The notes under the pieces: generated by a model | What the model saw: the letters and a program-made list of their open reading frames with translations, nothing else | Databases searched by the model: none | What the model was told of the DNA's origin: nothing | Shown: positions 28,824 to 38,605 of the stretch, in pieces | Layout: every line of letters starts with the position of its first letter | Numbering within the stretch: the stretch's first letter is position 1 | Program-made: the position numbers and the translations under genes | Source: Phycisphaeraceae bacterium | GTDB lineage: Bacteria; Planctomycetota; Phycisphaerae; Phycisphaerales; Zrk34 | DNA length: 57,221 bases | NCBI GenBank assembly: GCA_040905565.1 | Contig: JBBDRF010000010.1 | Coordinates: forward strand, 1 to 57,221 | Direction: 5' to 3'

Positions 28824-29999
28824 TTATTGCGAAAGCGGTGCGGTGATGGGGGCCGCTTCGGGGATCGAGAAGTAGTCGGCGCAGGCCTGGAGGATGCGTG
28901 GCGTGGCGTGGCCGTCGCCGTAGGGGTTCACCGCGTTGGCCATGGCGTGATAGTGGTCGGCATCGGTGAGCAGGCGTGCCACTTCGTCAACGATCACCTG
29001 CCGATCGGTGCCGACGAGCAGCACGGTGCCCATGTCGACCGCTTCGGGGCGTTCGGTGGTTTCGCGCATCACGAGGACGGGCTTGCCGAGGCTGGGGGCC
29101 TCTTCCTGCACGCCGCCGGAGTCGGTCAGCAGCAGCGTGGCGTGATCCATCAGACTGACGAAGGGCAGGTAGGCGAGCGGTTCGATGAGGTGGACGTTCG
29201 TCGCAGCCGCCTCGCCGAGCAGCCGCTGCACGGGCTCGCGGACGTTGGGATTCAGATGCACGGGGTAGACGAACTGCGTCTCGGGGAATCGGCTGGCAAG
29301 CTCGCCGATCGCCCGGCAGATATCCTCGAAGCCCGAACCGAAGCTCTCGCGCCGGTGCCCGGTGATCAACACCATCGGCTGGTCGGCCCATGCTTCGCGC
29401 CAATCGGTCGGCAGGCCCGGGATGGTCGGCGGATTCTGACGCACCTGCTCGACCGTAAGCAGCAGTGCGTCGATCACGGTGTTGCCGGTGACGGTGATCG
29501 CAGCGTCGGGCACGCCTTCGTTGAGCAGGTTAGTCCGAGCCGATTCGGTCGGCGGGAAGTGCAGGTCGGCGATGCGCGTGGTCAGCACCCGGTTCGCCTC
29601 CTCAGGCCAGGGCGACTGCAGATTCCCAGTGCGCAGGCCGGCCTCGACGTGTCCGATGGGGACATGCTGATAGAACGCCGCAAGCGAGGCAGCGAGCACC
29701 GTGGTGGTATCGCCCTGCACGAGAACGAGGTCGGGCTTGACGCGCACCAGCGAAGCATCGATCGCTTCGATGGCCCGGGCGGTGAGACCAGCAAGCCCCT
29801 GCCCGGATCGCATCAGTTGCAGGTCTTCGTCGGGCTCGATGCCGAAGACGTCGAGGACCTGATCGAGCATCTGTCGATGCTGACCGGTCACGCAGGCATG
29901 GCAGGTGAAGCGCGGGTCGTCGCGCAGGGCGCGGACGACCGGCGCGAGTTTGATCGCTTCGGGTCGCGTGCCGAAGATGACGCTTATCGTTCGAGGCAT
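28824..29999 (-). CDS. wecB: UDP-N-acetylglucosamine 2-epimerase (non-hydrolysing)
   Basis: [53 protein letters not shown] precedes ATG 29999. Confidence 0.95.
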   Translation of the reverse strand: MPRTISVIFGTRPEAIKLAPVVRALRDDPRFTCHACVTGQHRQMLDQVLDVFGIEPDEDLQLMRSGQGLAGLTARAIEAIDASLVRVKPDLVLVQGDTTTVLAASLAAFYQHVPIGHVEAGLRTGNLQSPWPEEANRVLTTRIADLHFPPTESARTNLLNEGVPDAAITVTGNTVIDALLLTVEQVRQNPPTIPGLPTDWREAWADQPMVLITGHRRESFGSGFEDICRAIGELASRFPETQFVYPVHLNPNVREPVQRLLGEAAATNVHLIEPLAYLPFVSLMDHATLLLTDSGGVQEEAPSLGKPVLVMRETTERPEAVDMGTVLLVGTDRQVIVDEVARLLTDADHYHAMANAVNPYGDGHATPRILQACADYFSIPEAAPITAPLSQ

Positions 30000-30027
30000 T
30001 GCATTCTCCATGGTGGCCTTGCCGATC

Positions 30028-33000
30028 TTAGAAGCCGTTCGATGCCCGGTTCGCAGCGGCTTCCCCAAGCAACCGCTCAATCTCCTGGAGGCGTTCCCGG
30101 CTTTCCTCAGGGAGTTGCTCGACATCGGCAACATTCACCCGCACCTGCTCCAACTGGTCGCGGGCTTCGTCCAGTCGGCCGGCCTGGGTCAACGCCCATA
30201 TCAGTTCGATCTGGCGCGACAGGTCTTGTGGATCGATCTCAAGGATGCGCTCGCTGACCGTGACGGCCTCGGAATACTCGCCAAGCTTGAGCAACACGCG
30301 GACAAGCGTATCGAGGATGATCGGCTGCTCGGGCAAGGCCTCGCTGGCCGCCCTGGCAAGATCCAGTGCGTGGAGGAGCTGGCGATCCTGCTCCAGCAGC
30401 GCCATCGCGAGATTGTTCTTCGCCACGGCGTTCTCCGGCGTCATCTCCAGCACCTTGTCGAAAGCGCGCTCAGCGGCTGGCCAGTCCTCGCGGGTCTGCG
30501 CCAGTTCGCCGTAGAGCATGAAAGCCATGGCTGAGGCGTCGTCCCGTTTCACCAGCTCTGCGACGATGGCCTCACAGCGATCGACAAAGCCATCGCTGTT
30601 CAGCCGACTCCCCGCCCGGTGCCAGGCGATCGCGTTCGCCAGCCGATCGTCCACCGCATCCTCCGGCGTCGCCTCTTCCAACTCCGAGAGCCACTGCTCC
30701 GCAAGCTGAGCATCGTTCACCAGCCGCTCCGCGAGCCGGCGCACAGGCCCCCGCAGCGCTGCCGCTTCGCCGAGCCGGGTCAGCAGCAAGTCGCCTGCCT
30801 CCTCGGCGCGACCAGCCTGCAGCAGCGAACGTGCGTAGAGCGCCAGCATCGAAGCATGCCGCTGCGGATCCTGCTTCGCCGTTTCGATGTAAGGCTCAAG
30901 CACCGCCAAAGCCTCAGTCGCGCGGTCCAGATTGAGATGCGCCTCGGCGATCAGACTGTCGGCGGATGCGGCTTCATTTGGCGCCCGCTCACGCCAGCGG
31001 TTCGCAGCGGATATCGCCTGTTGCCACCGCTCGTCGGCGATCATGGCAGCAGTGGTGATGGCCAGCGATTCACTGTCATTGGGAAACGTTTCACTGGTGC
31101 GCGACGCGATACGGATCGCCTGTTCGTGCCGCCCCGTCGCCACCAGCATGCGTGCAGCGAGATTCTGAAGCACCAGGTAACGCGGATGGGCGTCGGCCAA
31201 TCGCTCCAACTCGGGCATGAGATTTTCGCCCGCGTCCTCCCCCCGATGAATCGCGACGACGCGCGAGAGCAGCGTCCCCGCCACCGCCCGATTGCCTTCC
31301 TGTTCCGTCAGCACCGACGCCACCAGCGGCCGAAGCATGGGCGCCCGCACCGCCGTCACCGCATCGTCTCCACGCGCCAGCACCTGGAAAGGCTCGTAAC
31401 CGGGAAGATGCTCAACGGCCCGCGGCAGCAGTGCGGCCATGCGTTCGTGATCGCCTCGATTGATCGTCCAGAGCAGGTAGCCGCGCCATGCTCCGACGTG
31501 CTCCGGGTTGGCCTGGACGGCGGCTTCGAATCGCGCCGCCGCCTGCTCAGCCGTGCCGTGTGCCGCATAATGCCCTGCCAGCATCAGCTGCCGAGCGACC
31601 TCGTCGATGCCTTCCATCTGCTCAAGCTTCGCCAGCGTCTCCGCGGCCCGTTCCGCATCGCCCTGCCACGCGTACAGGTCCGCTGCGAAGCGCAACGTGC
31701 GAGGCTGGTTCGCCTGTTCCGGATTGGCCAGGATCTGCTGAAGCAAGGCATCACTACGCTCAGCTTCGTTACGCTGTAGGTAGAGTTGAGCGAGCAGCAG
31801 GTCGTCTTCGAACATCTCGCCACGATCCTGCTCAGCCTCCTGCAGCAAGGCGATCGCGATGTCTGTCTCGCCGCGCGCCAGCCACAGCGAAGCGGCCCGG
31901 CGGCGCTGTGCCGCCGAAAGTGTCTGCTCCATCACGCGATTGAGGAAGCGGCCCGCCTCGGCGTACTCGCCACGATCCTGCAACACAGCTGCCAACGCGA
32001 GTGCCGGGTCGACGGCATCGGCTCGCAGTTGAAGTGCCTCACGCAGGTGGTCGATCATGCCCCGCTCATTGCCCAGCCGTCCCAGCGCGTTCGCCAGAAG
32101 CCAGTGGGCATCGACGTTGTCCGGTGCGGTGCGTACGACCTGATTGAGCAGCAGTGCCGCTTCGCCCGCGGATTTCTCAGGGTTGGCCGCATCGGCAAGA
32201 CGCCAGCGCGCCATTGCCATCCGCCATACCGTCGAACTCTCCCCCGTGGCCTCCCGCAGATGCTCGATCACCTGATAGCGGAAGGTTCGATCGTTCTGCG
32301 TTGAAGCGGCTTCGAGGGCGCCACGCAGAATGTCGCGGTTCGTCGGCGCCAGTTCCACCAGTTCCTTCCAGGCAGCTGCAGCACCGTCATCGCCGGTCGC
32401 TTCGAGGTAGTGCGTCCGATAGAACTGCCACTGCACGCGGTCGGTGCCTTCGCTGTCGGGCCTTGCATCATCAAGCACAGCGAGCCCGGCCTCGTCGCCC
32501 TGCTCCGCCCGAACACGCCCGGCACGCAGGAACGCCAGTCGAGGCGTCAGCCCGTGAACCTCCTGCGAGTGCGCCAGAAGCTCGTCGGCCAGCGCGTCAT
32601 CGAAAGACCGCGCCACAGCCGACAGCCTCGCCAGCAGCGCTTCATCGACCGGCTGCTCCGCCTCCATGGTCTGCCTGAGCACCTGTTCCGCACGGGCCTG
32701 CTGTTGGGTTTCCAGCAGCAATTCCAGGTACATCGCGAGCGTGCGCGGTTCGCCGGGCACATGCTCTTGGATCGAATCCACCAGACTCAGCAGCGCCTCG
32801 GCGGGCGGTCGTTTCGGATGCGCCGCCAATCCGAGCGTGAGGTGAACCGCGGCTTCGAGATTGTTGGCCGATCGGTTCAGCGCCGTCCGCGCCGCCGCCA
32901 CAGCCTCCTCTGGCTGCCCCTGCCGATTATGGATCTCCGCCATCAGAATCAACGGCGACACCGCTGCCGTCGCCAACGAAGCGGACTCCCGCAACGCGTC

Positions 33001-34248
33001 GATCGCCTGCTCGTGCTCCCCCATCGCTGCGTACGAACGTCCCTGCAACAGCGCCAGGAACGGATCGCGTGGCAGAATGCTTCGCGACTTTCGCACCGCT
33101 TCCAGCACATCCTGAAGATCCGTCCCTTCGCCCTCCGCCTGACGCTGCTGAAGCTTCAGCACCGGCGCCCACGCCTGGGCCACCGCGTCGGTGGTCGGGC
33201 GCTTACTCAGGTTCTCGCCGATCGTCACGACCTCATCGAAAGACTGCTGCTCGGTCCGTAGCACCGCCTTGAGGGCGAGCAGTTGACTGTCGGCTTCGTC
33301 GGAGCTGCTATCGACTGACGCGAGAAGTTCCTCAGCAGTCGCCACGTCGCCCAGCTGAAGTGAGCGGCTGGCGTGGATGCGCTTCGGCTCGACGCTGTCG
33401 GATGAGTCCACCGCACGACGTACCGCCTGCGAAGCGGCCTCGGATTCGCCCAGCGTGTCCAGCGCCGTCGTCAGCGTCGCCAGCAGATCACCATCGACCG
33501 GCGGCTCCTCAGCCGCCGCCAGGTAATGCTCACGGGCCTGATCATCGTTGCCGCCGATGCGATGCACCGCACCGAGCAGCAGGTGGCCGGGCGCCCCTTC
33601 CAGCGTCTCCTCCGCAACCTGCGTCGCGTAGCTGAGCATGTCTTCATGCGAAGCGTCATCGCGCTCCATCATCGCCAGCACACGCAGGTACGACTGCACC
33701 CGCTCAGGATGCACCGACGCCAGGTGATGCGCGGCCTCCAGCGCCTCGGCCGGCTGACCCAGTCGCGCGTACGCCCAGACGCGCCCTTCGAGCGCTTCAA
33801 GATCGTCAGGCGTCTTCGCCAGCATCTCATCCGCCAACGCCAGCGCCTCGGTGCCGAACCCGATGCGGGTGTAAATCTTGAGAAGATCGTGGGCGGCATC
33901 GTCATGGTCCGGGTCAAGCTCACGCACTTTGCGGAGCGTTCCCATCGCTTGCTGAACGTGGCCGTTGCCGTCCGTCGGCACGTTCAGTTGCACCTTGCTG
34001 AAGGCGTAAAGTGCTTCGACGTCGTCGTCATGATGACGCAGGTAGATCGCCAGCCGCGTGCGTGCGTCTTCGTAGTCGCCTTGCTCCATGGCCGTCATGG
34101 CCGCCGGCCGTTGCGCCGCGATCGCCTTCTCGTTTCGGACCGATCGCATGTAGTAAAGACCGCCTGCGACGCTTGCCAGAACCGCCACGATAACGGCCAG
34201 CACAGTCAGCCGTTTGAGCGTGACGTTCGATGATTTCGACTTGGACAT
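30028..34248 (-). CDS. Large membrane-anchored TPR protein (1406 aa)
   Basis: Basic N-terminus plus one TM helix, then helical TPR-like repeats throughout, including AKNNLAMAL and ILDTLVRVL. Confidence 0.85.
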   Translation of the reverse strand: MSKSKSSNVTLKRLTVLAVIVAVLASVAGGLYYMRSVRNEKAIAAQRPAAMTAMEQGDYEDARTRLAIYLRHHDDDVEALYAFSKVQLNVPTDGNGHVQQAMGTLRKVRELDPDHDDAAHDLLKIYTRIGFGTEALALADEMLAKTPDDLEALEGRVWAYARLGQPAEALEAAHHLASVHPERVQSYLRVLAMMERDDASHEDMLSYATQVAEETLEGAPGHLLLGAVHRIGGNDDQAREHYLAAAEEPPVDGDLLATLTTALDTLGESEAASQAVRRAVDSSDSVEPKRIHASRSLQLGDVATAEELLASVDSSSDEADSQLLALKAVLRTEQQSFDEVVTIGENLSKRPTTDAVAQAWAPVLKLQQRQAEGEGTDLQDVLEAVRKSRSILPRDPFLALLQGRSYAAMGEHEQAIDALRESASLATAAVSPLILMAEIHNRQGQPEEAVAAARTALNRSANNLEAAVHLTLGLAAHPKRPPAEALLSLVDSIQEHVPGEPRTLAMYLELLLETQQQARAEQVLRQTMEAEQPVDEALLARLSAVARSFDDALADELLAHSQEVHGLTPRLAFLRAGRVRAEQGDEAGLAVLDDARPDSEGTDRVQWQFYRTHYLEATGDDGAAAAWKELVELAPTNRDILRGALEAASTQNDRTFRYQVIEHLREATGESSTVWRMAMARWRLADAANPEKSAGEAALLLNQVVRTAPDNVDAHWLLANALGRLGNERGMIDHLREALQLRADAVDPALALAAVLQDRGEYAEAGRFLNRVMEQTLSAAQRRRAASLWLARGETDIAIALLQEAEQDRGEMFEDDLLLAQLYLQRNEAERSDALLQQILANPEQANQPRTLRFAADLYAWQGDAERAAETLAKLEQMEGIDEVARQLMLAGHYAAHGTAEQAAARFEAAVQANPEHVGAWRGYLLWTINRGDHERMAALLPRAVEHLPGYEPFQVLARGDDAVTAVRAPMLRPLVASVLTEQEGNRAVAGTLLSRVVAIHRGEDAGENLMPELERLADAHPRYLVLQNLAARMLVATGRHEQAIRIASRTSETFPNDSESLAITTAAMIADERWQQAISAANRWRERAPNEAASADSLIAEAHLNLDRATEALAVLEPYIETAKQDPQRHASMLALYARSLLQAGRAEEAGDLLLTRLGEAAALRGPVRRLAERLVNDAQLAEQWLSELEEATPEDAVDDRLANAIAWHRAGSRLNSDGFVDRCEAIVAELVKRDDASAMAFMLYGELAQTREDWPAAERAFDKVLEMTPENAVAKNNLAMALLEQDRQLLHALDLARAASEALPEQPIILDTLVRVLLKLGEYSEAVTVSERILEIDPQDLSRQIELIWALTQAGRLDEARDQLEQVRVNVADVEQLPEESRERLQEIERLLGEAAANRASNGF

Positions 34249-34348
34249 AATCTAACAACCCCAATGAGTAACCCGGACTTCGGGCGAACGAGGCGACGCC
34301 GTTGACCTCAGCCAGCGGCAGACACCTCGCTCGATTCGCGATCTTGAA

Positions 34349-36862
34349 TTAATGCTTTTTGTTCCCGTTCTCTGATTCCGATCGATGCGGCAAGGCACCC
34401 TGAGCGGCCTTGTCGCGCTCGCTCTTCCCATTCCCCGCGGTCGCGCCGACCGCGCGGGCCATCGGGCCGTAGGGGCCTTTGTGGTTTCCGAAACCCGCAT
34501 CCATCGCTGCCTCTGAGCGATGGCTGTTTGAGAAGCCGTAGCGGTAGACATCTCCGCCGCTGGCGCGGTTGAAGACCACGCCCGCCAGAATCGCGTTCAT
34601 GCTGTGCAGTTGATTCACCGCCCGCTCAACATCCGGGCGACGGCTACCGCGCGACACCACCATCACGGTCGCGTCGGACTGCGTCGCCACCATGGAAGCT
34701 TCGATGCTCGCAAGGAGGGGCCCGGTATCAATCAACACCACATCAAATGCCTCGCGAGCTTGCGCGAGCACCTTCTGAAGCCCGGCCGGCGAAAGCTTCG
34801 CCGCATGCCTTGCCTCTACCGAGCCCAGCGGCAGCAGGTACAGGTGATCGACCCCCGCGGGCACGACGCAGTTTTCAAGCGGCTCGCCCTCGACCACGTC
34901 CAGCAGGCCGATCGCGTCCTTCGCCTGCGAATCCAGCGCCCGCGTCAGCGTTTCATCGTTGAGGTAGCCACGCTCGACAAGGATCTCGCCGACGCGCCGC
35001 CCGGAGGCCTGTGCGTCTTTCAGAGCGTCATCCAACTGCTCCTCGGAGATCACCCCGTCACGCTGAAGGATGTGTCCGATGCGCCGCCGCGCTGTTGCCG
35101 TGGCCGTTTCCGAAAGCATCCCGCCGACCACATCGCAGTCGATCATGAGTGTTTTACTGCTGGACTCGGCGAACGAAAGCCCCAATGCATGGCACAAACT
35201 TGTCTTGCCTTCACCCGCGGTGGGCGAGAGCACCCCGAGCGTCTTGGAGCCATTGCGATCGATCCCGATCTGCAACAGCGTTCGAATATGATGCACCGCA
35301 TGGGCGGCCGTCCCCGCCTCTTCCAATTGCACAAGGTCCGGCAACTGCGGCAGAATGCCCAGAAGCGGCGCGTTATGCAGCCCGCTTTGGGTATCCTCAG
35401 CCGTTCGGAATCGCTTATCCATCAGCCCGAGAAGCAGCACCAGCCCGACGCCGACGGACATCCCCGCCAGCCCGCCGACGCCGGCCAAAGCGCGTCGCTG
35501 ATCGCGGTACGGAGCGCCCGGCGTGGTCCCTTCGCTGAGCACCTCAATGCGTCCGCCGATGAGCGATTCGACATTCAGAGAATCCATCCGACGCTGCACA
35601 TCCGATAGTTGCTGCTGTGCGATTGCCACCTCTTCCTCGACCCTCTGAATCTGGACGACGCGACTTCCGAGATCCCGCGTTTCCGCCTCCAGCGTGTCGT
35701 ACATCGCCTGGAGCCGCTCCTCACGTTCGCGGAGTTCCTCGGCGCTGGCGCCGTAGACTTCGCCCGATCCGCTAGCCATCGCCAGCGCTTCGAGCAGCAT
35801 GTCACGGTTCGCCTCGACATACGCATCGATCTGCTGCTCGACCGACTGAAGGTTGTTACGCAGTCGCCGCATGGTCCGGTGGGCAGGCCCGTACTCCGAC
35901 GCGTTCTGGACGATCGCTGCTTCGAGGTCTTTCCGCTCGCGATGCAGTCGTTCGAGTTCTGGATCGACACGTGCCAGATCCTGAATGCGAAGGTTTGCCG
36001 GATCGATCGCTGCCTCAGCAAGCTCATCGAAGTTCGGGTTCAGTGCGTCGTCACGTTCATCCTCTTCGCCTTCAGCGACGTCGTCTTCGCCTTCGGCCGC
36101 TTCAAGCTGCGCGAGCACCATCTGCACTTCGTTAAGCTGCATCTCGACACGCCTCAACTCGCTCACAGCGTAGTCGTGGCGATCCTGGAGCGCTTCGACG
36201 CCCTGCTCCCCTGCGATGTCGGAAATTCGATTACGCAGGCTGGTAAGCTCGGCACGCCGTGAAGTGCGACGCTGATCCAGAATCTGCATGCGCTGCGATT
36301 CGGCGACCGCATCCTGCTCACCGTAATGCGTGTTGTAAGCCCGCAGCACCGCCGTCACCACAGCCGCGGCGAACTCGCGTGACTCGTCAACGTAACGGAC
36401 CTCGATCAGCTGCCCGCCGTGACGCGTGGAGAGGCCGCTGCGGATCATCCCTGTCGTCAGCGTTCGGCCGCCCGCCGCCTGCTGCAGATCTTCATCCAGA
36501 AGCGCCTGTTCGATCACGCGCTGACTTTGAATCATGCGGCTCTGCGCTTCGACGAAGTCGCCGAACATCGGAGGCACCTGGTTCATTTCGTTGTCATAAA
36601 GGACGCGAGGCACCGTGGGGGCGATGCGGACGACGCCGTCACTGCGATAGACCGGCTCGGGGGCGATGGACCAGCCGCCGATCCCGCCCGCCACCACGCC
36701 GATGAGCGCCAGTGGAATCGCAAGCCAGTAGCGTCCGCTCAACAGGCGATGCACCTGCTTCAGCAGCGAAGGCGTCTCCGGAGCCGCCCCCTTGCCCGGC
36801 GACACCGGAGCCTGATGCATCGCACGCTGCGATGCGGGCGTCGTTTGAGGGTAATGAGTCAC
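34349..36862 (-). CDS. Wzc-like polysaccharide co-polymerase / BY-kinase with inserted MshEN domain
   Basis: TM1, periplasmic coiled coils, TM2, PLLGILP, Walker A SPTAGEGKT, Walker A' LMIDCD, Walker B VLIDTGP, GVVFNR; MshEN motif at 34925-35083. Confidence 0.9.
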   Translation of the reverse strand: MTHYPQTTPASQRAMHQAPVSPGKGAAPETPSLLKQVHRLLSGRYWLAIPLALIGVVAGGIGGWSIAPEPVYRSDGVVRIAPTVPRVLYDNEMNQVPPMFGDFVEAQSRMIQSQRVIEQALLDEDLQQAAGGRTLTTGMIRSGLSTRHGGQLIEVRYVDESREFAAAVVTAVLRAYNTHYGEQDAVAESQRMQILDQRRTSRRAELTSLRNRISDIAGEQGVEALQDRHDYAVSELRRVEMQLNEVQMVLAQLEAAEGEDDVAEGEEDERDDALNPNFDELAEAAIDPANLRIQDLARVDPELERLHRERKDLEAAIVQNASEYGPAHRTMRRLRNNLQSVEQQIDAYVEANRDMLLEALAMASGSGEVYGASAEELREREERLQAMYDTLEAETRDLGSRVVQIQRVEEEVAIAQQQLSDVQRRMDSLNVESLIGGRIEVLSEGTTPGAPYRDQRRALAGVGGLAGMSVGVGLVLLLGLMDKRFRTAEDTQSGLHNAPLLGILPQLPDLVQLEEAGTAAHAVHHIRTLLQIGIDRNGSKTLGVLSPTAGEGKTSLCHALGLSFAESSSKTLMIDCDVVGGMLSETATATARRRIGHILQRDGVISEEQLDDALKDAQASGRRVGEILVERGYLNDETLTRALDSQAKDAIGLLDVVEGEPLENCVVPAGVDHLYLLPLGSVEARHAAKLSPAGLQKVLAQAREAFDVVLIDTGPLLASIEASMVATQSDATVMVVSRGSRRPDVERAVNQLHSMNAILAGVVFNRASGGDVYRYGFSNSHRSEAAMDAGFGNHKGPYGPMARAVGATAGNGKSERDKAAQGALPHRSESENGNKKH
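34925..35083 (-). other. MshEN (T2SSE_N-type) tandem c-di-GMP-binding motif inside the Wzc-like CDS
   Basis: RIGHILQRDGVISEEQLDDALKDA-QASGR-RVGEILVERGYLNDETLTRALDSQ has 24+5+24 spacing matching RLGxxLxxxGxxxxxxLxxxLxxQ twice. Confidence 0.85.
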
Positions 36863-38556
36863 TCGGATCCTTTCGTCTGCAATTTCTCGGTCAGCTCGCG
36901 GTGCGATCTGAGGAACGACTCGAAAATCCGCTGCCGTTCGTCCCGAGGCATTTCTCCGTCGAAGATCATCTGCACCTGCGCCGCGCCGTAGAAACGTTCG
37001 CGTGGCTGATTCGACGCTTCGATCACCGCCGTCATATGCGGCGTGGCTTCGCCGGTAGGCAGCAACATGATGTTCGCCACCACAAGCTCACGCTTTGCGT
37101 CGAACGCACCGGCCAGAAAACCGTATTCGATCACCGGCAGATCACGCCCCGCAGCTTGCCAATCCAGCTGCTCCGACCACTGCTGTTCCCAGCCGACGCC
37201 TTTGTAGCATTCGGGCGGCCAATGGAAGGCCATGTCACGGGCATCGCGCGTCTGCACCAGCAGCATCTGAACGCTTTCGTTGGTGCGAAGATTGATGTAC
37301 CGCCGGGTCACCAGCACGTTCGGCTGCAGAAGCTCACGGGCATAAGCGGGCACTTCCTGATCGCGCGCCAGCCATTCGCCGTCGATGATGTCCGGCAACG
37401 ATTTCGCCGCCTCCACAATCGCTTCGTGATACGCCACCGCCGTGTCGGGCATCTGCCGCGCCTGCACCCGGTCGGCCAGACCGATCAGGATCGCGAACGC
37501 CGCCAGCATCGCCCACAGCGCCGTCCGCAGCGGATGGTCCACCGCGCTCAGCCGTCGGCGCGGCTTCTCCGCTACCTTCTGAACCACCGCATCATCCTTG
37601 GTCAGCCAGATGCGAAGCCCCAGCCATTCCAGCAGCCACACCGCCGCCAACAGCAGCAGCACCGCAATCGGCACCATCGCCCAGCCCGCCACGTCATGCA
37701 CCGCATCGCCCCAGCCCTCCGAGCCGTACGCGTAGGCCAGAACCGTCGGCACCAACCGCACCGCGTTACCCACCAGCGCCAGCAGCGGCGCGGTCACAAG
37801 GATCAGCACCTTCGCATACCAGCGCAACGGCGATACGAACGCGAAGGTGTAAGCGACAAGGAACAGCGCGAACACCATCCGCATGCCGTTACATGCTTCG
37901 GCGATCTCCACGTGCTGCCCCCCCACCACCAGCAGGTTGCCCGCACGCTCCATCGGAAAGCCGAGCATCAGCGAGATGTGCTCCGCCGCCGAGGCCATCG
38001 CCGTCTGCAACGGCACCGCGATGTAACGCTGAATCGTTCCCGGCACCGGCAACAAGAACGCCAGCACCGCGAACGCCGGCAAAAATCGAATCAACACCGA
38101 ACGGCCCAGGAATGTCAGCATGCAGCCGACCACCACAAGCAACGCCCCGCCGCGCCAAAGCGTGTTCAGATAATGATGGTCGTAACCGTAGATCATCGCC
38201 GACCCACCCAGCAGCACCACCAGCGGTCCCACCCAGAGCCCCGTCGGGGCACACCGCTTCATGCGGTGAATCCGCGCCCACACAATCCACGGAGCCGCCA
38301 GGCCCACCAGCAGGATGTGGTTCGACTCTTCATGCGTCCGCGCGATATGAGCCACATCAACCCAGACTGTCCGCGTAATCACGATACCGATCACCGCCAG
38401 CACCACAGCGCCAATGAAATGCCAGATCGTCCAGCCCTGCTGCGTCAGTACCTTCGGCAGCAACCGTTCCGACAGCCCCACACGCAGCTCACGGCCTCCG
38501 GCCAGTTCATCGGCCGTCGCTTCCGTGCAACTGATCTCGTCTGCTTTACCTTCCAT
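36859..38556 (-). CDS. Exosortase (EpsH-like) fused to an EpsI-like periplasmic domain
   Basis: Multi-TM N-terminal region with Cys/Arg/His triad (IAEACNGMR, GNAVRL, HDVAG); C-terminal soluble domain with HWPPECYKGVGW. Confidence 0.9.
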   Translation of the reverse strand: MEGKADEISCTEATADELAGGRELRVGLSERLLPKVLTQQGWTIWHFIGAVVLAVIGIVITRTVWVDVAHIARTHEESNHILLVGLAAPWIVWARIHRMKRCAPTGLWVGPLVVLLGGSAMIYGYDHHYLNTLWRGGALLVVVGCMLTFLGRSVLIRFLPAFAVLAFLLPVPGTIQRYIAVPLQTAMASAAEHISLMLGFPMERAGNLLVVGGQHVEIAEACNGMRMVFALFLVAYTFAFVSPLRWYAKVLILVTAPLLALVGNAVRLVPTVLAYAYGSEGWGDAVHDVAGWAMVPIAVLLLLAAVWLLEWLGLRIWLTKDDAVVQKVAEKPRRRLSAVDHPLRTALWAMLAAFAILIGLADRVQARQMPDTAVAYHEAIVEAAKSLPDIIDGEWLARDQEVPAYARELLQPNVLVTRRYINLRTNESVQMLLVQTRDARDMAFHWPPECYKGVGWEQQWSEQLDWQAAGRDLPVIEYGFLAGAFDAKRELVVANIMLLPTGEATPHMTAVIEASNQPRERFYGAAQVQMIFDGEMPRDERQRIFESFLRSHRELTEKLQTKGSE

Positions 38557-38605
38557 CTACGAATCTCCTCTTCCCCCACCGTCGTTACCCCGGCGGTGCG
38601 TGCAG

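Noticed and set aside
28620..30257. 545-aa plus-strand ORF
   Set aside because: Antisense shadow of wecB.
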